DNA from: Candidatus Levyibacteriota bacterium
Lineage (GTDB): Bacteria > Patescibacteriota > Microgenomatia > Levybacterales > UBA12049
Length of the DNA: 64,000 nt
Assembly: GCA_016214555.1 (NCBI GenBank)
Contig: JACROF010000002.1
Location: forward strand, 5,416-69,415
Direction: 5' to 3'
The position numbers were made by a program, and so were the translations under genes. Shown here piece after piece: positions 37,810-48,249 of the stretch (positions within the stretch are counted from its first letter, which is position 1; each line of letters starts with the position of its first letter). The notes beneath the pieces were generated by a model that was not told the origin of the DNA, searched no databases, and saw only the letters and a list, made by a program, of their open reading frames with translations.

Positions 37810-38457
37810 ATGCCCAAGAAGGTTAAAAAGCTGAAAAAACTGTCTGCAAGAAAGATGCACAATCAAAAATACCTTCTATTGGGTATTATTGGCATATTTT
37901 TAGTTTTATTTTTGGCAAAGATTGAGTTGTTAAGAAAGCCAGAACTTGCCCATAACGTTGTTCCACTTGTATCACCAGTTGAGACTCAAAATCCCGTGAA
38001 CCCGACTATTAAACAGATTGCTAAAAAAATTGTCGTTTATCCTTCCTTAACTCCAACATCAACGCCAACGCCTAGTCTCCCTCCTGGTAAAAAAAGAGTA
38101 AATATTTGTGGTCACATAGTAGACGGAGATCTAAAGCCAATATACTTTGACGGTATGACAATTAGGGTAGAAAACACAATCACTCGTGAAGTAATTCCCA
38201 TTGCGAGTAGGTCAGACTGGTGTGTTGATATCGTCACACCTGGAGACTGGATGTTTATTGTCTCTCATTTCCCAAATTCTGGTGAGGGTGGATACTCCCC
38301 ATATGCTGCGAATCATTGGTGCGGTAATGGCAACTGCGGAATTGCACCAACAAAGGAAGAGTATGGATATAGTGGCTATAATGATGACTCAGTGTTACCT
38401 CTCATGTTTCGTGAGGGCGAAACCTCATCAGTGTACTTCATGTTTAAAAAGTATTAG
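37810..38457 (+). CDS. Secreted/anchored protein with carboxypeptidase-regulatory-like beta-sandwich and Cys-rich C-terminus
   Basis: Signal anchor. TPTSTPTPS linker. ICGHIVDGDLKPIYFDGMTIRVEN pattern. Four Cys. Confidence 0.35.
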   Translation: MPKKVKKLKKLSARKMHNQKYLLLGIIGIFLVLFLAKIELLRKPELAHNVVPLVSPVETQNPVNPTIKQIAKKIVVYPSLTPTSTPTPSLPPGKKRVNICGHIVDGDLKPIYFDGMTIRVENTITREVIPIASRSDWCVDIVTPGDWMFIVSHFPNSGEGGYSPYAANHWCGNGNCGIAPTKEEYGYSGYNDDSVLPLMFREGETSSVYFMFKKY

Positions 38458-38499
38458 TAGCACTAGATTTACCAGATATTATAAGCTAAACTCGATTCT

Positions 38500-39150
38500 A
38501 TGTCAGAGATTGATGGAAGAATAGCGGAAGCTCTTACAGAAGAGCAAGAAAGACTTTCACACGAATTTCCGATTGACGTATACGATCCTGCTATTACATC
38601 ATGGGAAAGTATTAAAGGTGATATTTTGAACGCTGAAAGAGCACAGTTTGGTGAAAACGCTGCTATGGAAGACGAGCTAAGAGGATTTTTCCATGACCCT
38701 GAGGGAGTAACTGTTATCAGAAAAGACGCTTCTACAGGGAAGGTGGTTGGTTTTAGCACTGCGGGACCAGCAGATAAGGCATATGATGGAAAGTTTCATC
38801 CTCAGAGGATTAGTTCTCAGTTAGCATCTGAGCTGTCTGACTCAAGAGAGGCTCTACTTCCAATTCAAGACCGAGATGGCAAAACTGCTTATGTTCACGA
38901 CACGGTGCTTGACCCAAATTTTGTTGGCAGGAAATTAGTTGTAGGACTTGTTGCAACGCTTGAAAAAGAATTGGCAGAAAAGGGGTATACCTATTTGGAC
39001 CGTGATGCAGCTTATGACAATGGCTATGCAGCAAATGTCAGCAAAACCTATACCAATAACGGCAGATTGATTTATCAAAGCCAGCCACATGGAAGCGTGT
39101 GGGGAAGACAAGTGTATTTTGTCATTCGCCTACCTCAAGTTGACAAGTAA
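38500..39150 (+). CDS. Hypothetical protein, possibly GNAT-like fold
   Basis: V.DP.FVGRKLVVGLVATLEKELAEKG resembles GNAT motif A. Weak. Confidence 0.3.
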   Translation: MSEIDGRIAEALTEEQERLSHEFPIDVYDPAITSWESIKGDILNAERAQFGENAAMEDELRGFFHDPEGVTVIRKDASTGKVVGFSTAGPADKAYDGKFHPQRISSQLASELSDSREALLPIQDRDGKTAYVHDTVLDPNFVGRKLVVGLVATLEKELAEKGYTYLDRDAAYDNGYAANVSKTYTNNGRLIYQSQPHGSVWGRQVYFVIRLPQVDK

Positions 39151-39223
39151 GATATAGAATACAGGAATTAATCAAATTCATAGGTCTTGTAATTGCTTTC
39201 CATCAAATATTCCCATATAATGT

Positions 39224-42136
39224 TTGTTTATTCAGGCTATGGAAAGTATCAAAATTAAAGGTGCTCGTGAGCACAACCTCAAAAATATTGATCTTGAAAT
39301 CCCCAAAAACAAACTAGTTGTTTTAACTGGCTTATCTGGTAGTGGGAAGTCATCGCTTGCTTTTGACACTATCTATGCTGAGGGTCAAAGGCGGTACGTT
39401 GAGAGTCTTTCCTCATATGCTCGTCAATTTTTAGGAACCATGAAAAAACCTGATGTTGATCTCATTGAAGGATTATCTCCAGCAATTTCTATTGATCAAA
39501 AATCTACCTCTCACAACCCACGCTCGACAGTAGGGACAGTAACAGAAATTTATGATTACCTCCGTCTTCTTTTTGCTCGTGTTGGCCATCCACATTGCCC
39601 AAATTGCGGTAGGGAAATTGCACAACAATCAAAAGAACAAATCGTTGATTCTGTTTTGCGTATGCAGGAGACAATGAAAGAGCCTGGTAAAAAATTTGTG
39701 AGAGTTATGATTTTAGCGCCATTAATCAAAGACAAAAAAGGTGAGTACAGTGATCTTTTTATGTCTCTTAAAAAAAGAGGCTATCGAAAGGTAAGAATTG
39801 ATGGAAAGGTTTTATCTCTTGATGAAAAAGTGGTCCTCATTAAGACAAATAGGCATAGTATTGAGCTCGTACTCGATTCACTTGTTGTGTCTAAAGAAAC
39901 TGATCGCGTGAGATTGGCAAATGATGTTGAGCAGGCTCTTTCGTTTGGTAATGGAGAGATGATTGTTTCTTTGATAAAAGACGCATCGTTTGACATTCCT
40001 GAATTCCCAACAACTCTTGATGATCATCTTTTTTCAGAAAAGTTTGCATGTCCTGTTTGCAATATTTCAATACCAGAGGTTGAGCCACGTATTTTTTCAT
40101 TTAACACTCCACACGGTGCATGTCCAGAGTGTTCTGGTATTGGGAGAGTGCTTATTGTCGATCAGGAGTTGGTCTTTAATAATAATTTAACCATAAATGA
40201 AGGCGGTATTCTTCCCTTTTTTAATTTGGGCAACAACGATACTTGGTTTTCAAGAACGTTCAAAATTTTCTGTAAAGAGAACGATATCCCTCTTGATACC
40301 AAACTTGAAAAAGTCACAGATGATATGAAAGCACTCCTTCTCTTTGGGACAGGATCAAGAGAGTATAGGGTAAAAGGTGAAAATAGATGGGGGAGTGAAA
40401 CGGTTATTAGCGAATCATTCAAAGGCATATCATTTGAACTTCGGAGACGATATGGCGAAACAGAGTCAGCCTATGTAAGATCTCAGATCGAGAAATTCAT
40501 GCGATACGATAACTGTCCAATGTGTCATGGGGCAAGACTTAAAAAGGAAGCTCTTTCTGTCACGATAAATAATAAATCGATTGTAGACGTTAGCAACATG
40601 CCAATCGACTTTGCACTTTCATACATTGAATCGTTGGAAGGCGCTTTGTCTGAGAGGGAGAAAGAAATTTCAAAGCTTATTCTTCGTGAGATCAGAACGC
40701 GTATCGGATTTTTAGTAGATGTTGGCCTTGAATACCTCACTCTTTCTCGAACAGCTGCAACACTTGCTGGAGGTGAGGCTCAGCGCATCCGGTTGGCTTC
40801 TCAGATAGGAAGTGGACTCACAGGTGTATTGTATGTTTTGGATGAGCCATCAATTGGCCTTCACCAAAGAGATAATGAGAGGCTTATTGAGACTCTTAAA
40901 AAACTTAGAGACCTGGGTAATACGGTACTTGTTGTTGAGCATGATGAAGACACCATGGCGGCATCAGACTACATCTTTGATTTTGGTCCTGGCGCTGGTG
41001 CGTTTGGAGGTAATATCGTTGCATCAGGCACTTATGAAGAGCTTAAAAAATCTCCAAATTCTCTTACTGGGCAGTATTTGTCAGGCAAGAAAACGATTAC
41101 CGTTAAAAAGTCACCATCTAACTCGTTAGTCAAAAAGGAGCAGCACTATTTAAAAGTCGTAGGAGCATCTGAGCACAACCTCAAAAATGTTGACGTTGCT
41201 TTTCCCTTAAATCAATTAATTGTGGTAACAGGCGTCTCAGGAAGTGGCAAATCAACGCTTGTTAATGACATTTTGTATCATGCCCTCATGCAAAAAGAAA
41301 ATCCCTTTCATCGTCAAAAACCTGGAGCGTTTAAAGAATTAATTGGTTATGAACATATTAAAAATGTTTTTCAAATTGATCAGTCTCCAATCGGAAGAAC
41401 TCCAAGAAGCAATCCTGCTACCTATACAGGTTGTTTTAACTACATTAGGGAGCTTTTTGCTCAAACAAAGGAAGCGAAGGTAAGAGGATATAGCCCAGGT
41501 CGGTTTTCGTTCAATGTTAAAGGTGGGAGATGCGAGGCATGTGAAGGAGAGGGTCAGATAAAAATTGAGATGCAATTTCTCCCCGATGTGTACATTACTT
41601 GTGAGGTGTGTAAAGGCAAGCAGTACAATGCAGAAGCTTTGGAAGTACTCTTTCAAGGGAAAAATATCGCTGATGTTTTGGCAATGAGCGTTGAAGAAGC
41701 AGTCGAATTTTTTTCATTCGTTCCAGGTCTTGCCCACAAGCTTCAAACACTTAAAGATGTTGGTTTATCTTATGTAAAATTGGGTCAACCAGCCCCAACG
41801 CTTTCTGGAGGTGAAGCCCAAAGAGTAAAATTAGCAACTGAGCTATCAAAAAAAGGAAAAGATGCTCTTTATCTTCTCGATGAGCCGACAACTGGTCTTC
41901 ATTTTGCAGATCTTGAAAAATTGCTCCATGTCTTAAGAAAGCTTGCAGATCAAGGCAATTCAGTAATCGTCATTGAGCACAATCTTGATATCATTAAAAA
42001 TGCTGATTATATCGTTGATCTTGGGCCTGAAGGAGGAGATAAGGGTGGAAATATTGTTGGAACTGGTACTCCAAAACAAATTGCTACAAATTCTGCTTCA
42101 CATACAGGAAGATTCCTCCAGAAGATAATTCGATAG
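39224..42136 (+). CDS. uvrA: Excinuclease ABC subunit A (likely start at Met 39239)
   Basis: Two ABC modules: [28 protein letters not shown] and [13 protein letters not shown]. Zn-finger Cys clusters. LSGGEAQR signatures. Confidence 0.9.
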   Translation: MFIQAMESIKIKGAREHNLKNIDLEIPKNKLVVLTGLSGSGKSSLAFDTIYAEGQRRYVESLSSYARQFLGTMKKPDVDLIEGLSPAISIDQKSTSHNPRSTVGTVTEIYDYLRLLFARVGHPHCPNCGREIAQQSKEQIVDSVLRMQETMKEPGKKFVRVMILAPLIKDKKGEYSDLFMSLKKRGYRKVRIDGKVLSLDEKVVLIKTNRHSIELVLDSLVVSKETDRVRLANDVEQALSFGNGEMIVSLIKDASFDIPEFPTTLDDHLFSEKFACPVCNISIPEVEPRIFSFNTPHGACPECSGIGRVLIVDQELVFNNNLTINEGGILPFFNLGNNDTWFSRTFKIFCKENDIPLDTKLEKVTDDMKALLLFGTGSREYRVKGENRWGSETVISESFKGISFELRRRYGETESAYVRSQIEKFMRYDNCPMCHGARLKKEALSVTINNKSIVDVSNMPIDFALSYIESLEGALSEREKEISKLILREIRTRIGFLVDVGLEYLTLSRTAATLAGGEAQRIRLASQIGSGLTGVLYVLDEPSIGLHQRDNERLIETLKKLRDLGNTVLVVEHDEDTMAASDYIFDFGPGAGAFGGNIVASGTYEELKKSPNSLTGQYLSGKKTITVKKSPSNSLVKKEQHYLKVVGASEHNLKNVDVAFPLNQLIVVTGVSGSGKSTLVNDILYHALMQKENPFHRQKPGAFKELIGYEHIKNVFQIDQSPIGRTPRSNPATYTGCFNYIRELFAQTKEAKVRGYSPGRFSFNVKGGRCEACEGEGQIKIEMQFLPDVYITCEVCKGKQYNAEALEVLFQGKNIADVLAMSVEEAVEFFSFVPGLAHKLQTLKDVGLSYVKLGQPAPTLSGGEAQRVKLATELSKKGKDALYLLDEPTTGLHFADLEKLLHVLRKLADQGNSVIVIEHNLDIIKNADYIVDLGPEGGDKGGNIVGTGTPKQIATNSASHTGRFLQKIIR

Positions 42137-42158
42137 TTGGTTTTGCTACAATCAAAGT

Positions 42159-43976
42159 ATGAAAAAAATTCTCATCGCTTTTTTAGTTTTTCTTTCTATA
42201 CTTTTTCTAACGCCAAGTGTATTTGCTGCCGACTATTTTACAAGAGATTACCATGTTTTGTATCAAGTAAATGATGAAGGCAAAACATCCGTTACAGTAA
42301 ATGTGCGGTTAACAAATACAACAAGTGATTACTATGCATCAAGCGATACTATTACGGTTGGATTTAGAGATATTGAAAATGTTTTGGCTAAAGATCCAGA
42401 TGGTGCAATATCACCAATTGTAAAACAGACTGATGAAGGAACAAGTATCGAAGTGCCATTTCATAAAAAAGCAGTGGGGAAAGGGAAGTTTCTTGATTTT
42501 TCTGTTTCTTTTGATACTGGTGATATTGCAGAACATGCAGGAAAAATATGGGAAGTAAATATTCCAGGAATTGCTAATGCAGACGAATTCGCTAGCTTTA
42601 ATGTTGAGGCTAAGATACCTAACTCATTTGGTGTTCCAACATTTATTAAGCCTGTCAGTACGAGTTCACAACTTGTCTTTAACAAAGAGCAACTCAAAAA
42701 ATCGGGCGTCTCTTTATTATTTGGAAAAGAGCAATATTATGCATTTTCATTGGTGTATCATTTAAAAAATAATAATGTATTTCCTATTAAAACAGAAATC
42801 GCTCTTCCTCCAGCAACCAACTATCAAGAAGTTTCTCTTGATTCAATTTCTCCCACCCCTTCCAATGTGGTCGTAGATAAGGATGGCAATTGGTTGGCAC
42901 AGTATTCTCTTGCTCCTGCACAAAAAATTGATGTTGAAGCAACTGGTGTAGTAAAGGTCTCGTATCTGCCAAAACCAAGTGTACTCTCGCGTCAAGATAG
43001 ACAGGAATACACGAAAGAAAAACCTTATTGGCAGGCAAATAACGCAAAAATAAAAAAGCTAGCAAGTGAGCTAAAAACTCCGGAGTCGATATACCAATAT
43101 GTGATTGAAACTCTTCACTATGATTTTAATAGAGTTACTGATGACCAACCACGCTTGGGCGCTTTGGCTGTTCTTGATAAGCCAGAGTCAGCGGTTTGTC
43201 TTGAATTCACTGATCTTTTCATTGCGCTTTCTCGTGCAGCTGGGATTCCTGCAAGAGAAGTTAATGGATACGCGCACACTGAGAATGCTAAACAGCGACC
43301 TTTGTCACTTTTGAAAGATATCCTTCATTCATGGCCGGAGTATTATGATGACAGCCGTCAAGCATGGATTATGGTAGACCCTACTTGGGGTAATACTACG
43401 GGGGGGACAGACTATTTTCACACTTTTGATCTAGATCATATTGTTTTTGTCAGAAAAGGAGTAAATAGCCAATACCCAATTCCACCAGGTGGGTACAAAT
43501 CAGATGAAGATTTTGGGAAAAAAGACATCACAGTTGGGCTTGCGCAGGACTATTCTACTGGAGTAAGCAATGTATCCTTGACTACAGAAGTTCCTCAAAA
43601 AACTTTTTCTGCGCTTCCTATCCAGGGATCACTTACGATTGTAAATAAGGGAAATACACATTTTGCTCATGAGCATGTTGTTATTGAGTCACCATTTTTA
43701 CTTCCTAAAAGACAGCTTATTGCTGTTTCGGAGATTCCGCCTTTTGGATCTGTTAAAATCCCATTTTCATTTGCCAAAACAACATTATTTACTAACAATA
43801 TGTATGATTTTACAATCAAACTACAAGACACTATAATACATAAGCGCGTTACTGTCACTCCGTTCGCATTCTCACAAAATCAACTTATAGGAGGTGTCAT
43901 CTTTGTTATATTTACGATCATCATATTTGTCCTTGCCATCAAAACCAGGTATTTACCGATTTTTAGACGAAAATAA
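42159..43976 (+). CDS. Transglutaminase-like domain protein, signal peptide + C-terminal TM anchor
   Basis: Core Cys in AVCLEFTDLFIALSRAAGIPAREVNGYAH with downstream His/Asp. 605 aa. Confidence 0.6.
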   Translation: MKKILIAFLVFLSILFLTPSVFAADYFTRDYHVLYQVNDEGKTSVTVNVRLTNTTSDYYASSDTITVGFRDIENVLAKDPDGAISPIVKQTDEGTSIEVPFHKKAVGKGKFLDFSVSFDTGDIAEHAGKIWEVNIPGIANADEFASFNVEAKIPNSFGVPTFIKPVSTSSQLVFNKEQLKKSGVSLLFGKEQYYAFSLVYHLKNNNVFPIKTEIALPPATNYQEVSLDSISPTPSNVVVDKDGNWLAQYSLAPAQKIDVEATGVVKVSYLPKPSVLSRQDRQEYTKEKPYWQANNAKIKKLASELKTPESIYQYVIETLHYDFNRVTDDQPRLGALAVLDKPESAVCLEFTDLFIALSRAAGIPAREVNGYAHTENAKQRPLSLLKDILHSWPEYYDDSRQAWIMVDPTWGNTTGGTDYFHTFDLDHIVFVRKGVNSQYPIPPGGYKSDEDFGKKDITVGLAQDYSTGVSNVSLTTEVPQKTFSALPIQGSLTIVNKGNTHFAHEHVVIESPFLLPKRQLIAVSEIPPFGSVKIPFSFAKTTLFTNNMYDFTIKLQDTIIHKRVTVTPFAFSQNQLIGGVIFVIFTIIIFVLAIKTRYLPIFRRK

Positions 43977-45258
43977 TACCATTCTCTATGTCGGAAAAGC
44001 AAAGGATCTCAAAGCACGTGTTTCAACCTACTTCACATCGAGATCAAATTTAGGTCCAAAGACTGAGGCAATGGTTGCTCAAATTAAAAAAATAGATGTC
44101 GTTGTTGTTGAGTCAGAGCTTGAGTCACTTTTGCTTGAGGCCTTCTATATTAAAAAACATCGTCCATATTACAACATTCGACTTACTGACGATAAGTCAT
44201 ATCCACTTATTAAAATAACCTCTGAGACATACCCAGTGGTGTCACTTGCTAGAAAAATGGATGAGAAGTCTGCAAAATATTTTGGTCCTTATCCAAATAG
44301 TGGAGCAGTTAAACTCGTATTAACAACTCTTAGAAAAGTGTTTCCATATCAGTCAGTTAAAAATCACCCCAAGAAAACCTGCCTCTACTTTCACCTTGGT
44401 CTTTGTCCTTGCCCGCCTGTACATGATTCTCTTGAGCTTAAAAAGGAGTACAGAAGCAATATCCACAATATCATCAAAGTACTCGATGGGAAATCGCAGG
44501 CAGTCATGAAAGATTTGGTGAAAGAAATGAATGAATCCGTCAGCGGTGAATATTACGAGAAAGCAGCAGTACTTAAGAAAAAAATACAAGCACTCTCAAT
44601 TATCACTATGCCATCGAGAAGTCCTGTCGAATACGATTTGAATCCCAATCTACGATCTGATATTCGCTCTGAAGAACTTTCAAATTTAAAAAGTTCTTTG
44701 ACTAAAAAAGGTTTAAAGCTATCAGATCTGTCTAGAATTGAGTGTTACGATATCTCAAATACCCAAGGTACTCATGCAACTGGCTCAATGGTAGTTCTTA
44801 CCAATGGAGAAATTGATAAAAGTCAGTACAGACGATTTAACATCGTCAAAGACGGAAGACCAAATGATTTTGCCATGATGAAGGAAATGCTCTTAAGGAG
44901 GCAAAAACACAACGAGTGGCCGACTCCTCAACTTATCATAATAGACGGAGGAAAAGGTCAGGCAAGTGCAGCCTTGGAAGTTCTCACAGCTACAAAGAGT
45001 AGTATACCTATTGTTGGTCTTGCAAAAAGAGAAGAAATTCTTATTATTCCAAAAGATCAGCCACATTTTTCTTCATTGTTAGTTGAAAAAACACATGAGA
45101 GACGATTTTATGGACAAAACGATGAGCATTTTTTAGAGTTGCATCTTTTAAAAAATTCACCAGAGCTGCAATTGGTGAGAAGAATTCGTGATGAAGCTCA
45201 TAGGTTTGCTATCACTTACCATAGGAAATTAAGGAGTAAGAATTTTATTAAAAGCTAG
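43894..45258 (+). CDS. uvrC: Excinuclease ABC subunit C, short form (GIY-YIG + UvrC Cys region + RNase H-like endonuclease domain; no obvious C-terminal HhH)
   Basis: PGIYRFLDENNTILYVGKAKDLKARVSTYF (GIY-YIG). CLYFHLGLCPCP. Overlaps the upstream ORF by about 80 nt in another frame. Confidence 0.75.
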   Translation: MSSLLYLRSSYLSLPSKPGIYRFLDENNTILYVGKAKDLKARVSTYFTSRSNLGPKTEAMVAQIKKIDVVVVESELESLLLEAFYIKKHRPYYNIRLTDDKSYPLIKITSETYPVVSLARKMDEKSAKYFGPYPNSGAVKLVLTTLRKVFPYQSVKNHPKKTCLYFHLGLCPCPPVHDSLELKKEYRSNIHNIIKVLDGKSQAVMKDLVKEMNESVSGEYYEKAAVLKKKIQALSIITMPSRSPVEYDLNPNLRSDIRSEELSNLKSSLTKKGLKLSDLSRIECYDISNTQGTHATGSMVVLTNGEIDKSQYRRFNIVKDGRPNDFAMMKEMLLRRQKHNEWPTPQLIIIDGGKGQASAALEVLTATKSSIPIVGLAKREEILIIPKDQPHFSSLLVEKTHERRFYGQNDEHFLELHLLKNSPELQLVRRIRDEAHRFAITYHRKLRSKNFIKS

Positions 45259-46622
45259 CGTCTTTTGATGGTATAGGAGTAGGGGAAGTAAAGAAATGAT
45301 GCTGGCGTGTCAATGAGTGCATCGTCGTTTAAATACTTTTGAAACTCAGCATATATTTTTTTTCGCTCATTTGTGTCGATTGTGCTTCTGCCATCTTCAA
45401 GCAGTTTGTCGATCCTTTTACTATCAAATTTTGTGATGTTTGAATTGGATTTTGAGTGCCACAAAATGTATTGATCAGGATCTTGTGGGACCATAAAATC
45501 ACCAAGATACATTTGAAAAATATCTGGTCTAACTTCAACTTCCTCAACCACTATCTCTATTCCGATTTTTTCCCATGTTTTTTTAAGATCCTCCGCAAGT
45601 TTTTTGTATCGCGACAAAGTTGTCAGCTTTAGTTTTGGGATACTTTTTTGGGAAGTGTCTTCTAAAATAGCATTGATCAGTAGTGCAGCATGTGCTAGAT
45701 CCTGTCCACCTGGTAATGCGTCGCTATTGAAGTACATAGATTTTTTTGCATACGGTAAATATGCTCTTTCTCCACCCTGAAAAGAATCAGGCAGAGCATA
45801 CGTAAGAGCTTTTCGCAGCTTATTGTCAGAAACTGTTTGATCTTTAGTGTTGTAAAAAACAGTAGCAAGCTGTCTATAATTGATTGCAACACTTGTTTTG
45901 ACATTCTTGTGCTTGGAAAGATCTATTTGACCAAGAGTTGTGTCATTTAAGCCTTGAACTTGCGTTGTTTCACCAAGAAGAAAAGCAGTCTTAAGAGAGT
46001 CCTGCGTCGGGTAGAAAAGGTATACAATCTGTTTCCTTTTATTGTGGATGTGTGCAAGAGTAAGTGAGGTAATATTGTCTCCATTTAACTTTAGATCAAT
46101 AATGACATGACTACCTAGTCCCTCAAGTCCATTGACAAATATTGGTCTTGAAAGAGTGACCAAAAAAGGGCTGTACGGGCTCTTCAATGAAAATTCGATA
46201 GTATATTTGTCAGGTTTTGCAATAGTAACGTCCTTAAATGAATAAGTAAGATGGTCAGTTGTCAACTCTTTTCCGTTTGAAAAGCGAATGCCTTTTTTGA
46301 GATGAAATATGTATTTTGTTCCTTTATTTTCAATTTCCCAAAAAGATGCAAGATCAGGTTTTACCTGCCCATTCTCTTCCACCTTTGTCAGACCTCGTGA
46401 GAGTTTTGCAGAAATTGTCCGTGGGAGATTAGTCATCGTGTATGCGCCAACGAGTCCAATCCTTTCTTTTTGAGGAAAAAAATGCGTGAGTTTTGAGGAA
46501 AAAAAGACGAAAAAGAAAAATCCTACAAGTCCAGCAACAAAGGAAAAAAATATGATCTTACCCCACTTACGAAGATAGGCTTTAATAAGCCAAAAAACGA
46601 GTCTCTTTCTAACAACAATCAT
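45255..46622 (-). CDS. Membrane-anchored solute-binding protein family 5-like (DppA/OppA-like) domain protein
   Basis: C-terminal ..TIDTNERKKIYAEFQKYLNDDA typical of SBP_bac_5. No permease genes adjacent. Confidence 0.5.
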   Translation of the reverse strand: MIVVRKRLVFWLIKAYLRKWGKIIFFSFVAGLVGFFFFVFFSSKLTHFFPQKERIGLVGAYTMTNLPRTISAKLSRGLTKVEENGQVKPDLASFWEIENKGTKYIFHLKKGIRFSNGKELTTDHLTYSFKDVTIAKPDKYTIEFSLKSPYSPFLVTLSRPIFVNGLEGLGSHVIIDLKLNGDNITSLTLAHIHNKRKQIVYLFYPTQDSLKTAFLLGETTQVQGLNDTTLGQIDLSKHKNVKTSVAINYRQLATVFYNTKDQTVSDNKLRKALTYALPDSFQGGERAYLPYAKKSMYFNSDALPGGQDLAHAALLINAILEDTSQKSIPKLKLTTLSRYKKLAEDLKKTWEKIGIEIVVEEVEVRPDIFQMYLGDFMVPQDPDQYILWHSKSNSNITKFDSKRIDKLLEDGRSTIDTNERKKIYAEFQKYLNDDALIDTPASFLYFPYSYTIKRR

Positions 46623-46625
46623 ATA

Positions 46626-46841
46626 TTACTTGTGAGGAAGGAGAAGGAGAATCGAACTAATAACAAGTAGCCCAGCAAGAACAGCAGTTCCAATGAAAAG
46701 AAATTTTTCTATATTTCGTTTGCTTCTATACATTTCTCCGCCGCCACCAAATACGGGAGAAATTCCTCCTCCTTGACTTTGAAGTAGAACACAAATAATA
46801 AGGAGAACTGAGACGACAATTTGAAAAAGTTGCAAAATCAT
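46626..46841 (-). CDS. secG: Preprotein translocase subunit SecG
   Basis: 71 aa, two TM helices separated by LLQSQGGGISPVFGGGG, the SecG signature. Confidence 0.75.
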   Translation of the reverse strand: MILQLFQIVVSVLLIICVLLQSQGGGISPVFGGGGEMYRSKRNIEKFLFIGTAVLAGLLVISSILLLLPHK

Positions 46842-46851
46842 AAGATATCTA

Positions 46852-47817
46852 TTATAGCGCTTTCATCACTACCTCTGCAAGCTTCTTTGGGTTGTGGTAG
46901 ATAGGAAAATCATCATAAACAACATCAGCTTCGATGATCGTGGTCTGAGCAATTTTTTGAGATGCTTGCTTGTCAACACGTACATATTGATAATGAAGAT
47001 CTTTTGGAAATTTTTTCTTGATATCATTGTTTGCGATAATAGTGTCAAACGGGAATTCTCCAAGATGGTCTTTAATAGCTGTCATGTAGTCGCTTAGAGC
47101 AAAGTTTTTAGTCTCAAATGGCTTGTTTGCAATATTAAGTATAAAAATTTTTCTAGCTTTACTTTGAAGAAGTATGTCTTTAATTTCAGGAACAATGAGT
47201 ACGGGAAGCTGGTTGGTGTACAAATCTCCTGGACCGCTTATAATCACATCAGCCTCACGGAGTGTCTTAATAACGGCCTTGTTAACGAGGGGCTTACTTG
47301 GTGTAATATAGACCTTTTTTAGACCTCTTGGTTCACTATAAAGAGCAAGGTCAAGCGTTGTTTCGCTGTACACCCGTCTATTGTCATTGGTGATTGCCCA
47401 AAGATCGACTCTTTCATCGGTTGCAGGTAAAAGATTTGCGGTAACACCAAACATTCGCTTGGTTACATCAATTGCTTTATAAAAATTCCCAGTTCGCTGA
47501 ATCTCAGCAAGCATAATAAGATTGCCCAATTTATGACCATCGATTGCTTTGTTATGAGTATCCTTGCCAGGAAATCGGTGAAGGAGGAGTGCTTCGAGTT
47601 CTTTATCTTCTTCAGGGATAAGAGCAGCAATACAGCTTACAATATCTCCGGGAGGCATGATGTTGTATGCTTCTCTGAGACGACCAGATGAACCGCCATC
47701 ATCTGCCATTGAGGTGATCGCTGAGAGGGAAAAGTCGTAGGCTTTCAAGCCACGCAAAAGTTTGCTTGTGCCAATTCCTCCCCCTAAGCATGCAATATTT
47801 TTTACTCTAGTAGCCAT
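46852..47817 (-). CDS. yvcK: YvcK/UPF0052 (CofD-like) gluconeogenesis factor family protein
   Basis: IACLGGGIGTSKLLRGLK...ITSMADDGGSSGRLR. Confidence 0.8.
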   Translation of the reverse strand: MATRVKNIACLGGGIGTSKLLRGLKAYDFSLSAITSMADDGGSSGRLREAYNIMPPGDIVSCIAALIPEEDKELEALLLHRFPGKDTHNKAIDGHKLGNLIMLAEIQRTGNFYKAIDVTKRMFGVTANLLPATDERVDLWAITNDNRRVYSETTLDLALYSEPRGLKKVYITPSKPLVNKAVIKTLREADVIISGPGDLYTNQLPVLIVPEIKDILLQSKARKIFILNIANKPFETKNFALSDYMTAIKDHLGEFPFDTIIANNDIKKKFPKDLHYQYVRVDKQASQKIAQTTIIEADVVYDDFPIYHNPKKLAEVVMKAL

Positions 47818-48203
47818 TTTATTCCTGTAACGATAACCGATAAGGTAAATGAGGCAGATAAAAATGCAAAAAGTGTGCTCATATTAAATGACGGAATGAC
47901 AAAACCAAAGATCTGTAATCCGGCAAATGTGTATGAGTGGATGATTATACCAGCAACAAAAATAGTAAGCAAATAAAGGATAAACGCATTGGTAAAGATT
48001 GAAAAGACGCCGAGAGTAACAAGATTGAATGGAAAACTAATAATGTTAAGAATTGGTTTTATAACTGTCATCATGATGGTGAGCATAAGACCTCCAAAAA
48101 GATACGTCCACAAACCGCCTGTGATATCTACGCCTTGAATAATGAGGGGTAAAAGAAATAGCGCGCCACTGTAAATAGCAACGTTTCTGAGAAGTGATTT
48201 CAT
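47802..48203 (-). CDS. DUF360 / phage-holin-4-like membrane protein (start taken at internal Met)
   Basis: Four TM helices, about 130 aa. Pattern resembles YvlD-type proteins often near yvcK. Confidence 0.4.
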   Translation of the reverse strand: MKSLLRNVAIYSGALFLLPLIIQGVDITGGLWTYLFGGLMLTIMMTVIKPILNIISFPFNLVTLGVFSIFTNAFILYLLTIFVAGIIIHSYTFAGLQIFGFVIPSFNMSTLFAFLSASFTLSVIVTGIKWLLE

Positions 48204-48249
48204 TGTCTCAGAGTAGCAAAGCGTCAAGACCCTGTCAAACTCCCCTGAC

